64,000 bases of DNA from Laetmonice hystrix (taxonomy: Eukaryota): positions 33,852,001 through 33,916,000 of the forward strand of contig OZ249436.1 of the NCBI GenBank assembly GCA_965235115.1. The letters run 5' to 3'. The position numbers and the translations under genes were made by a program. Shown piece after piece: positions 1-12,100 of this stretch. Each line of letters opens with the position of its first letter. Within the stretch, counting starts at the first letter, position 1. The notes under the pieces were generated by a model. That model was not told the DNA's origin, searched no databases, and was given only the letters and a program-made list of their open reading frames with translations.

Positions 1-268
1 CCGCTCGCTCGCTGCCGTCCCCCGGCCCCGCCTCAGCCGACGTAGCAGCCCGGCCGGGTAGGGGGTATGGCAGCCCTCGGTTGCTGCCCTGCCTGTGTGA
101 TGGTTTGACTGGCGTACGCGGCAGCGACCACACGGCCGGCCCCGGGGGCCGGGTCTTGTCCGGGCTCTGGACCCAGGAAGCAAAGTCAAACCGTCACATC
201 TGCTCAAAACGAAACGGTCAAACCGTCACAGGTGACGGTTTGGCCGTGTGACGGTTTGACTGGTTCCC
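1..268. mobile_element. GC-rich right end of a probable non-autonomous DNA transposon with subterminal motif arrays
   Basis: Five copies of TGTGACGGTTTGAC or its complement (96-112, 184-198, 216-230, 232-245, 247-263), then an abrupt drop to AT-rich DNA after ttccc (268). Confidence 0.45.
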
Positions 269-1179
269 ACTCGAATTGACTCAAACGTGAGATAAATAGC
301 CACAATCATTCTTCTTTTATTATGGTGTTTTGAAAATACAGGTAATCAGAACCTCCCACATTATAATTATTTCCCCAAAACAAGCCAATCTCCCACAAAT
401 TTTTACTAACCCTCCCGCAAGCATGTAGAAGACCCTTAGCCAGTCTGCGATATATGGCATGTATGATGTCATAATCGAGGTAATTGTTAAATCTAAGAAA
501 CCTCCAGCATTGAACTCCCAATATGGCCCAAACTCCAGCAAAACCTTCACAAATCTCCAGCAAGATGGAAGACCCCCCCTTGGCACGTCTGGGATATGTG
601 GGCAAAAGATTGGAAATACATCATACATTTGGCACGGCTAGTATGGCACAACTTGCGAAATTTTAAATTTAACATGCAAGATACACATACAGTATACACA
701 ATGACGTACACTACAGTACAGACAATGTCAGTGACACTGACACAGTGTCACTGACAGTGACAGTGATACACACACCTTAAAATTAAAATTTGGACAGAGA
801 GGCAGATCTAATCTAATCAAGGCAGATCTAATCAACTGGCTGACAGTGTCGAATCCAGTACTCAACCGTACTCTAGTCTGGGGCTCAGACTACAAAACGC
901 TGTCAACAACATAAGGCCGACTGACACTCAATAGACAATACACGTCTGTACAGTCAACACCGAACATGGATTGATGATGGAGCAATCTAAACTGAGCAGT
1001 CTAACTCGGTGGACCACATTTCGTTTAAGATAGGCAATTTTGAGACTATTAAGAGCTTGTATTTTTTAACTTGATATTCTACATACCTACTATTATTCGA
1101 TTCCAAAGCCTTACGACGAAAACTTTTGCTCAAAGCAATATTTCTACATCAAACTGGTTCTGTCGGAACAGCAACAAAG

Positions 1180-1870
1180 AACACTTGCAAGATGGCCGAT
1201 TCAGATTTGATGGTTTGGGCTTCATGTACCCGAAACTACATTTGCAGCGCCATCTGTTGTATTTTCAAGATATGAATCTTCCAATTTCGTTCCCGTTTAA
1301 TCCACCAGGGGATTGAGCAGCCACCGATCTCATGCTAACAATATTTAATCGTGATGTAGGCAGGCTGATGTAGATTGTAGTAATGCCTGCCCAGCTCGAC
1401 TGCGGATATTTTGAAATCTAATTCTAATAGACCTAGACCAAAGCCTAGACTAGGCCCTACCACTGGCCCAGCCAGGCCAAGGCAAAGGCAACGTCTAACT
1501 CCAAACTCTTCTTGCTGTTCACACCAGACGGCGCGCACGGAGTTCTTTGTTCGCAGGTGCTCGCCACTGACAGCGCTGTAGTCGAGCGCTCATCGGAACT
1601 CGACTGAGTCGTGCGCATGCACAATATACGCTTCCGACAACAGTTCTGGTCTAGAGTCGTGATTTTCCAATGTGTCACTTTGGATTTATCAGGAAAGAAT
1701 CGTGAAAACATGTGGTGGATTACGTTCACATAGTATGGTACTGACCATGTAACCAGGCGATGATCGGTAGGTAGAGAGTCGTTCCTTTCCCGTCGTGTAA
1801 ATGTGGATGTTTTCGCGACCATATCGCATGGGTCCGCGCGCGCCCACAGTCTGACACTGTCACACACGGT
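1180..1870. promoter_or_regulatory. CpG-enriched putative promoter region of MYO9
   Basis: YY1-like CAAGATGGCCGA 1188-1199, CTCF-like CAGCGCCATCTGTTGT 1245-1260, NRF1-like GTGCGCATGC 1611-1620, CpG-rich 1500-1870; candidate + strand donors at 1767 and 1869. Confidence 0.5.
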
Positions 1871-2384
1871 AAACTGCGGACTGCCTGTTGTGTTGTCTTC
1901 TGTGTTGTCTTCTCACAGTCACAGATGTTGCTCTTGAGTTTTATTGGACTGGTGGTAGATTTGTGAATTTAAGGATGAAAAGCCACAGAGGAAATGTAAT
2001 TTATTAGGCCTAGTGGCATTTAGAAGTAATTAAACAGACTGCACCACGAAATGTGATACTACCCGGTACTGAGTCTGACACTCGTGACTGATAGTGATAG
2101 ACTGATACTGTACTGTAGTGATAGACTCACTGTCCATATTCTAGCCTTTTTAAATGTTTTGGAAGTGTAATAATATAGTTATAGGTCCTATTTAGCCGGC
2201 AACGGTTAAATAAGATTATCTTACTTAGTGTGACTAACCACCGAATCGAAACAAATTGCTCGGGTTAGTTTTATTTTTGTCTCAAATTGGGTGTTAATTA
2301 GGTTAATTAATTGGATAGTCGGCTATTTATACCGTATCTATAAGCATTATCCATAGGATTGTTCATCTTAATGATCACATGACC

Positions 2385-3044
2385 CAGGGCTCTCAAAAGT
2401 AGCCGGTCAGCGGCGGCAAAATGCCAACCAGTTTTGCTGCTGCCTACTTTTTGTTGAATGACAAAAAATCTTTTTAACAATGTTCTTTTTTCACTTTCCT
2501 GCCTGTAGGATCCGCACATGGTGCGATCAGTGTTCGAAATAAGGAAAAAAAATTAGGTTGCCCAGTGGGGCAACAGGCCTACAGAACAAACAGGTTGCCC
2601 GCCAAAATTTCTGCTTGCCCTGAGAAATGCCACAATTCTTTTTACATAAAGGACAAAATAATAAGTATAGGCCTTTTAAAGTTGTTATGCTATTAATTAA
2701 GTTTTAAACCAAATCCTCATATTATTTAACACACTGCTGCAGACTCTTCCATTTTCATTTTTGGTGTGCATTGGTCCAGCTAGTGCTACTGCATAGCCTG
2801 ACACACACATGACATGGTGTGGAAGATCTCTGGTGACAATATACGCACCTGGAGCTGGCTATGATTATCAGTTGCCCACCAGGGCAATCTCATGACCACT
2901 ACAGCTTGCCTGTGGCAATTTTTGGTTGCCAAATCGCCCGGGCAAGCTCTTATGGCGGACCCCCCAATTCCCCCCCCCCCCCTGGCTGTACCCTGCTACT
3001 TTCTTTTCTGTACCCTGCTACTCCTACCAACTTTAAGAGCCCTG
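2385..3044. mobile_element. Non-autonomous hAT-like element, CAGGGCTCT TIRs, 6-bp TSD ATGACC
   Basis: cagggctctcaaaag ... ctttaagagccctg; atgacc at 2379-2384 and 3045-3050; internal TTGCCC/GGGCAA repeats. Confidence 0.7.
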
Positions 3045-4155
3045 ATGACCCCGCCAAATGTCTGCAATCTCTGGGCATATGGTTTCCTATCGTTTGTTGC
3101 GCGTGTCACAGTTTTGGCCCACACCTCTGGTAGTCTGCAAGCTTATAATATGGGCAGCAGAGTTTTCTTCCAAACATTATAAAAACGACAGCTGGACAAA
3201 TTGTGGACCAAAACTGATGGAGGAGAAAAGAGTTATTACTTGAGACTCATTCGAGACCTGAATAGATAATGACAAAATTGCTCCCTACCAGTATGAATCA
3301 GCCTTAGGCCTACCCATTAACCTGGAGTTCCAACAATCATCAATTATGTTGTGCATTTAGGCCACTACACTGTCTTGAACAGTGGTAAAAACTTGTCTAA
3401 ATTCAACAGAACCCGCAGGAATACCAGTAAAATGTCGATCACTTACTATTCAATATAGCAAACCTTTTGCATCTGGCTATCTGGACTGCAAGATTAGGCT
3501 CTAAAATAGCCTAAATTACCAGACCTTGGGTTGAGGGAGAGGGCTTTGCCCCTCCTGTACCCCTAACCAGGGCATTGACCTTGGTTTGACCACTCTGCTG
3601 ACGAAAATTTCTGGTGAGAACCGTGCATGATCATCATACACAAATGTATTTTATACATCAATTCATAGCTTGGGGTTATATCGCATCATTATATTCGGGC
3701 TGGTCCTCTAAGATTTAGGGCAGTCCCCATACTGGCCACAGAGAACCCGGCACAGATCATACAATCCCAACCTCGAACAGTAAAAATACTGACAATTATA
3801 AATCAAATACAAGTTACTAAACCATGGACGGCTTTATCAATGCGACATAAATTTATATTTTGCACCCAGTCATGAAGCCCTCACTTCTTTGCCTTGAGGC
3901 TTTACTAGGCCCATTTATCAACATTGGAAAGTTGTTGCATTACATTTATAATTTACAGACTTTACAGTACTGAGTGCCACACTTCAGGGATGCTAGTGTT
4001 TGTTGTACATGTAAGGATATATTTTCAGCAGATATATTACCACATTTTTGTAACTGAAATTTCTCTTTTAAATATTTCTTTTTTAGGTAAAAGAAACCCT
4101 ATAATGTATATTGTTAAGATTATAAAAGGAGCCAATGGGGAGCTCCGATACATGT

Positions 4156-4268
4156 CAGGGCTCGAAAAAGATCTACCAGTTTTACTTGTCCGAACTTACC
4201 TTAAATTTTACTTGCCCAGAGACATATAGTCGTCTCGGACGACCGAACGTAGGTTTTTTTGATCCCTG
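4156..4268. mobile_element. 113-bp MITE, CAGGG TIRs, 5-bp TSD CATGT
   Basis: cagggctcgaaaaagatctac ... gtaggttttttgatccctg; catgt at 4151-4155 and 4269-4273. Confidence 0.7.
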
Positions 4269-5319
4269 CATGTGCTTTTGACTCTCATGTCGTACACAGC
4301 AGGCTTGGCTTACATGTTTGTCACATAATTTGCTGACTGATCATAGGCCACCGTGGAGTATCTGCAAATAGGTGTTTATAAATTGAAAAAGGAAGGAAGA
4401 CTAGCTTAGAGTTGAAATAATTTTTGTTTCTTCTAGACCATGTGTAAAAATATTGAGTAAAAGTAGTAGGCACTTAACATTCTAAATGTTATATGCCACC
4501 TTTTGAGTATGACTTTGAAAAAAATCCCTGGTGGTGTTCTGTTTGGCTAGTTAAGAACTCTGCTTCTTTAATCAATGGACTAACTAGATTTGGATCACCT
4601 GATGGGTTTAGCATGCAGATAGATGTGTGTGGAGTCTCCTGTGCCATTGTCTTCAACTTCTGTCATTTTCTTTGATGTGCTGCACTCTACTGACCTTCAT
4701 GAAGTAGTTGATATTCATAAATCATGTGTTTGTTCCTATCATGTTGAACCTTACAAAATAGGAAGAGATGAAACAGGTACTTAAACAGTGTCCTCTGTTG
4801 AGGGCCATTTATTTTGGCTATGCCAATGTTATTAAGGTCTTTATGTAGATGTGCTATCTGTAATTTGTTTACCATTATCTGATATGCCTTATTGTGTTTG
4901 CTATAGGTGGTGAACCCCACAAGCGTGGGCTCGGGGGCCGAACCACAACACCGCCAGCGTCTGCCAGTACAACATGCTTCACATCGGAAGGAACTTCATT
5001 CACGTCACAACCAAGAGATCTAAGGGAGGTGTACACAAGTTGACAAGTGTACACAAGAAATCACAGTTGCCATGAATCGGTGATAATTTCTTCCTTGTAC
5101 ATAGTGAGTCTCCATGATGGAAGTGAGGTACCATGAGATGGTTTGATGAAAGGTAAAAACGTGGAGCTCATTGCAAGCCGTGCTGATTTTTGTGCTCTAC
5201 GAAACATTCGAAAATAGGAATTTGTTGTCTTGACGCTAATGTTACAGTGGCAGTAGAGGCCAATTTGATTCACATCCAGGTTTGTGTGTTTGGCTTTAAA
5301 TGCTACTACAAATTTCAAA

Positions 5320-6195
5320 ATGGCCTCTCAAGTGGTTCAGGGCAGTTCCTTCTGCTTAGAGAACAGTCCCCTTCGTAGGAGTTGCAGCATGGAAACGTTC
5401 ATGGTGAGAGTCCACCTTGGGGCTCTCAGCCTCAGTGCAGAATACATATCTGTTGAGGCACTGAAAAACACCCGTGCTGACGAAATTGTTCAAGTGGCCA
5501 TCCAAAAATTACGTATTGGAAATCCAGATCTCTACGAGCTGGCGGAAACATTCTCCTCAGGTGGACAGTTATGCAAGGAGCGCCGCCTGGAGGCAATTGA
5601 GAACCCTGTTCGTATACAGTTGTTGTGGCCCCGTGTTGTGCATCTCGCTGGTGATGCTCACCGCACAGAGTACCACTTCTTCCTTCGCAAAAAGGAGGCC
5701 GATCGCAAGGTGGGATCGTGGGTGGAGTATGCTGAGCCCAACCCAATTGAGAGTTTTCTTAGTGCTTTTCTCCACCAGCCAAAGCACAAGGAGTACCCAG
5801 ATTTGTGTAATCTCCCTGATCTCAATGAAACGACTTTGTTACGTAATCTCTCATCCAGATTCGAGAATGGGCATATCTACACATACGTTGGGTCAATTCT
5901 GATCTCGGTGAATCCGTTCAAGTTTTATCCAATCTACAATCCCAAATATGTCAAAATGTATCAGAATCGCAGGTTGGGTGATCTTCCACCCCATATATTT
6001 GCAATAGCAGATGCAGCCTACCACACAATGCTTCAGGAGAAGCGTAACCAGTGTATAGTAATCTCTGGAGAGTCTGGTTCAGGGAAGACAGAGAGTACAA
6101 ACCTCTTACTACATCACCTCTCTGCTCTGAGTCAAAGGACTGTCCACGGGAGTGGGGTCGAGCAGACCATCCTCGGTGCTGGACCTGTTCTAGAG
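5320..6195 (+). CDS. MYO9: MYO9 coding exon 1: Ras-association domain, start of motor, P-loop (GESGSGKT at 6067-6090)
   Basis: ORF 5284..6375; first ATG 5320 (aaaATGG); donor GAG|gtaagt at 6196, phase 0. Confidence 0.93.
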
Positions 6196-9100
6196 GTAAG
6201 TCCGCAGAAATTGCACCTTTTTTCTAAATTGAACATAAATCTAAGTCCAGTTGTCACTTTGAGTATAGACAATGTAATTCAGCGATGCATGAATTTTAAG
6301 CTATCTGTTGATGCTGTCACAATTCACAAGTTTGAAAAGTTGAATGTTCCACTGAGAGTATTAAATGTTCTCTGATTTGTGGGTTTCTGACAAAAGAATT
6401 CTGATGTTGATCATAACTTGGCTCTTGTTCAGTGTTGTAACTGAAAAATCTTACATGCCAGAATCCCACTGCCTGATTTTCCGAATTTCGGGGACGTCAA
6501 CAATCAACTGAATTTCGTAGAGTGGGACCCCGGTATTAGAAACGTCAGGTCTTACATTGCCGATGCAATTTATCTCAAGTGGCCAACCTATTTCATATTT
6601 TGGCCTGCCAGTTTGTCTGCCATGGATTGGATTTATGATTTTGAGAAACATGAATTATTCAATCCATCTGATGAGAATAAACTTTTCAACTACCAAACAA
6701 CTAAATTCAACCCAAACTACTTGACCTTAAGAGTAATGTCACATGTAGAAAACGGAAGTGGCCTGAAGTTGTGACTTAATAGCATCATAAGTGGCTTAAT
6801 AAATCTAGTGCATGGTTCGATTTGAGGATAAAATAAGTCATGGTGAATGACCTTTTCTATTTACCTTCTTATCAGGTAATATATATCCTGAAGGCAGCAA
6901 CAAATTTATTGGTTTACACTGACTCTATATAAGTCAAGTACATACATTGATGATAAATTGGGGTGCCGTTTTTATTGCTCCTCAGTCCAAGGTACCTAAG
7001 AGTTATCACCACACCTTGTCCACCCTTACTGACTTAATATTTAAAATGATACCCTCAATTGATGGGAATGACAGTACTGGTCAGTAGACCTCGCCATTGA
7101 GAACTACAGCTTTTACAGTTAGTCCAGGCTCAGCTTTGTGACATTATGGGTCAGACGAGATAATATATATTGAAAAACTGAAACTTTGAACCAGTCTAAT
7201 TAGGGTCTTAAAATTATGGGTGTCACCTGGTCACCTTCCCACTGGCATTTTGTCGTCCAGTTACACAGTGTACATACAGTACAAGATGCCTGATGTTAAA
7301 AAGCTGTGCTGGGCTCTTAAAATCGGTGGCACATTGCAAATTTATGTTAGACAATCTAAAAACTTTTCACTTACGGTTATTCTGTAATTAAAATTATTGG
7401 AAACATAATATTACTAATATAAATACAAGATATCGTTATCTTTATCATCAGTTGGAGTTTGAGTGCTGGCTGGAATAATTGAGAAACATTTAGTTTCTTT
7501 CTTGGCTTAGGGTACACCTACCTTGCTTTGTACACAAGATCATTGAACTAGCATTTAAAGAGACCATAACGAACTATCATAATGAGACCAAGGGAATCTA
7601 TATGCGGTACTAGTGTATAATGTGTCCATGAGCCACAACCGTTTGCCTGCCAGTTGGGAAGCTTGTTAGAGATCACTAGGGTCAGGCTGGCCAACGGCCA
7701 GAGAAGAAATCTAACGCTCTGATTCTGAGCATCACAAATCACAATTGGATGTAGGCCTAGCGCTGGCCTACAAAGAACTCGTTATAAATCCTTAGAATTT
7801 TGTACCGCTTTGGTAGTTGGCCCAGCTTTAGAGGTTTTAAAGTATTAAATGAACACTTTAACGGAGCATTTTTTTTACTTTAACTTTGATACATGATTAA
7901 AGGGAGCATAAAAGATAGATATACTTACTGAGAAAATCAAGATACTGTACAGAAAGCTGGTCACTTGTTTGGTTGTGGCTTGTTGGTGAATATTTAAAAT
8001 CATATTACCGGTACAATGTACACGTATTCATCTTTTTTTACCATGACCCTACTATTATTATTGATTCTGTGTCGCAAAAAATTGCACATTTTAATGTGTA
8101 CTGTTGTTAACATGTAACAGTACCAACACTAATTTGGCTAATTTATAGATTACATTAATCTGATTTAGAAATCACCTGGCTGTTATATGGTAGGATTATA
8201 ATTTAGTATGGTTTGGTTGACCATCTGTGATGAGTAGAGTCTCCCCACCTGGGCCTGGGCAGTGAAGTGAGTGACCAGCCATGGAAGGTCACAAATTATG
8301 GGCCTCCTCCCCTGTCCCACTGACCACATCCCACAAACATGGCATCCATCCCGGCTCTCACTCCCATTATCCCGGCTCTCACTCCCATTATCCCACTCCC
8401 ATTATCCCACGAGGAGTGCAACTCAAGGTCAACCCACACTCCCAAACATGTAACATCTGTTGCACATCTTGCAACCTGCCAATCTGCTGTTTGACACATT
8501 CTTCCTATTTTGTACACATTTCTAGGAATTATCTTTTCAAGGCTCAGTTGGATCTTTCAAAAAGGTACCCTTTAAAATTTGAACTATGATGTAAATTTAT
8601 ATTCCACTATTTTTACAATTTTAGACTCTTTGAAATCTGCGTAGTTTTACTCACACTGGTCAAAGATTGCCTTCTCAGCACATAGTCTCTCTTTAAAAAA
8701 CAGGTGAAATTTTTCTCAACACTTTTAAACAAAAGTGACCTTATGTAACTCAAATCAAGAAGGGGAGAAAATTTAGAGTACTTTAAAATAAAGTTAACTT
8801 CAAGAGGTAAAGTGAGACTAGAGGCTGGCTATGTCCCTGACCATTAGCAAATTGTGCCAGGTGTGTAATTAGGGGCCAGATGCCAAATTCTGCACCAGAC
8901 TGCTACAATTACAAAACAATATAGAAGATGTTCCAAAGATATTGAAACTAACTTGTATGGACTCATGTAAGGGAGCCTGAAGGGATCCTGAAAACAAGCC
9001 CTTCACAATTTGATTTGACCCATATCTCACGTCCATTTAGCCATTGCCTAATTTAGCTGTAGACAATGTCCATAGAAACATCGAACAGTGATTATTGCAT

Positions 9101-12100
9101 TAAAGTGCTACAGACATCACAATTTTACCATGAAATTTTGTACCAGATCACGATAATACAAACATGTACTTGTAATTTGTCGTAGTTCTGTAAAGGTACA
9201 TTGTTGTACAACAACGTGAACTGTCTGTAATCCGTGATCAAAATGACCAATTCCCATGCACATGTCACTTCCAGTTTTTGGTCAAAAGCAGTCGAAAGTG
9301 TGACTGCGATGTGGCACGTGATTGAAATTGTCAATATTTTTAGAAATTTACTTTCTGAGAGAATTTATCAGAAAACCTATCCTGGACACGTTTAGAACTC
9401 GCAGCGATCCATCTAGATCAGTAATTTCAAGGTGCCTATACAGGCCTGGAAATTCCCAAATTGTTTACCACAGCATTTAAAAAAAAAAAATGCTGTGGTG
9501 TCAGAAGCTCTCCACGGCAATTTTGTGTTCAACCACAGCAATTTTAACTTTTCAGTTTTAGGAATTTGTGTTGATTTTCTTGCATGGATTTTCGTTATTA
9601 GGCCTACTGCTTATAAATGTTTCTGTTACCAGTTCAGTTGTGCATTACTTCACTACCCAGGGGTTTCAATAAGAAAAGTAGTAGAAGGGGAAGTTGACAA
9701 AGTTGGAGGTGGCCCTAGGCCTATAGTGCAGCAGCAGGCATCAATTTGTGGGGTAAATAGATTGATCAGTTCCACTCAGATTTATGTCGGAGGACATACT
9801 GGACTAAAAACGATTTTTATAGCCACCGCTTATTGAGAAGCCTGCTACCTCAAGCTGATGATGGCTCAGAGTGAAGGCACCATTAACCAATAACACAAAA
9901 GAGCTGAAACTCCCAATCCATTCATTCACTTTTTCTGAAGATGCTGCTCAAGAAGGGCTCAAGTCATACAGCTAATTCTTTTATACATTTGTATTTGAAT
10001 TGTATTGGTTCCATTAAAAATTGCTAAAGTGCCCAGCCTCAGAGCCTGGCCCATGGCATCTAATCTGAAGTAGAAATTCATTGGCTTAAGTTCACAATCA
10101 TGCTTGCAATAGCCAGGGGAATAAAAAAGGTCTAACAGGATTTTATCGACGGCAATTGTGTGCCGTCGTTTATTGGTACCATCGGCGGCAAATCAGTTGT
10201 TTACGGCGGCAATTGCCGCGAGTGCCGTCGTATATTTCCAGCCCTGCTATAGATGTGATGTGTGTAGCACTTTAACTCAGGTTGTTTTTAAAATAAAAAA
10301 CCTTGGGTTTGTAGTGACAGTCTGTTGTCATTTGCATGTTCAGTCCAGGGACTTTTAATGATTTCATGTGTTGCTCATGCTGGATTGTTACGAGCATGAT
10401 TGTGATCAACAGCTCAAACTACTTTCGGACTTTCCTGCTAAAGAAAACAGCCAAACTGCTATAAGACCAAGTGTTGTGATCATATTACTAGTCGTGGATG
10501 GAGGGGGTCGCTCTTGTTTTTTGAATATAAGCCAATGAACAGTGCTCAGAAAAATTCGCGGATTAAGATTTTAGTATTTTTACTTGTGTCTGAACCAAAT
10601 GGCAGCACTGAGCTGGTCAGACTCAAGCCTGGTCAAGAATAAGTTATGGTTCTGTTGACTTAGCATCCTGCTGATAGAAACATTAAACAGATGGGATGCA
10701 GCTGGTTGCCCTGATAGGCAAGTCATCCCAAACACAGACGGATGAGGGTCATGATATTAGTTCAAGTCTGCTTCGTGCTCGAGTAGCAAGGAACTCGAGA
10801 TGTAATTCCTTGCCTTCCTGCTCCAAGACCGTAATAGAGTTTGGTTGACCGTGCACAGTTTCTGCAAGTTGTACAAGAAACATATGGTTTTTGAACAGAT
10901 TGTGGTTGACTTTCCTACAGTATTCACTTGCAGGTTGTACATGTTGTACACATTTAGAAGCAAGCCTGGAAAGAATTGGTTTGGGAAAATCACTGACACT
11001 GTGAAATCTATTTAGGGAGAAAGAATGCTGTAAATGTACGTGCTGCGAGTCTAAAAAAAAGTGTGTATGTACATGTACAGCTCTGGTGAAAAAAAGGTGA
11101 TCTCAGTCATGAAGAGTTCTTGCTAAGTGTGTGCACATCTTGCGATTATTATTAGAAACATCTGCAGGTTAAGGAAGGCGTTTAACGATTTACGTTTTAT
11201 CAACGTAAGCCACATATTCAAAGTAATAAACTTCACATTTTAAACAGCTATCAGTGCAATTTCCTCATCAACAAAAAGTCCCTTACCATCTGTTCTAAAC
11301 AATGATATTAAAGAGCCTCCCTGTGATTTCAGGGGACTGTTTCACTAAATACTTGTATTTTACAGGCTTGTATTTTCTATAGATCATAATAGCAAAATAC
11401 ATGTATGAGTTGCTCTATGGCCATAACAAGCTCGTACAATCTTACATAGTGAAATGAGCCCCTGAGGCCCTGACTATCTACTCCTAGCCTGTCAGACAGT
11501 CAGAGCAGAGAAGCACTTAAAACACTGCTGTCTAATGTCACATTTGGAGGAAGAAAAATCCTGATTTAGGGAATTCGTATTCCTAGAGAGAATTTTTGAA
11601 TAGCCATCATGATCTACCATTGCCGATGTAACTGAACCCTTCACCTTTGGCATGTTTTGCGTTGTACAAGTACCTGTAAATCTGCTGTTCAAACCGTTGG
11701 CAAACTATGACTGAATCACGACAATGCCCTGAGCTTTAAAGGTGTTCGATGGCATACTGTCAGAACTCTTCGTGAGCTGGAAACCGACAGGCGGTGAAAC
11801 TCATGAACACGGGGAATTTCCTTGTGATTGATTTGAAATTTGAATATGACAGTATATTTCTCAGTTACTGAATTTCTCAGTTGTGTCAAGGCAGCTCTCT
11901 AGGGTGCCATGGAGTTCACCATCACCTGATCACCCTAGCGTAGGCCTATACTTCAAGCTGTCTTTCTACAGCCCCCAAGTACCTACCAACATCGAAGTTA
12001 CAACATCTGACCAGGGTCGTTTTCAGTGCGTGTAACCTCTGCCGCTAGTGGGTGTGGGCAGCTGAGCAGGCCATCCGTGATTTGTAGGGTGTAGGCTCGT

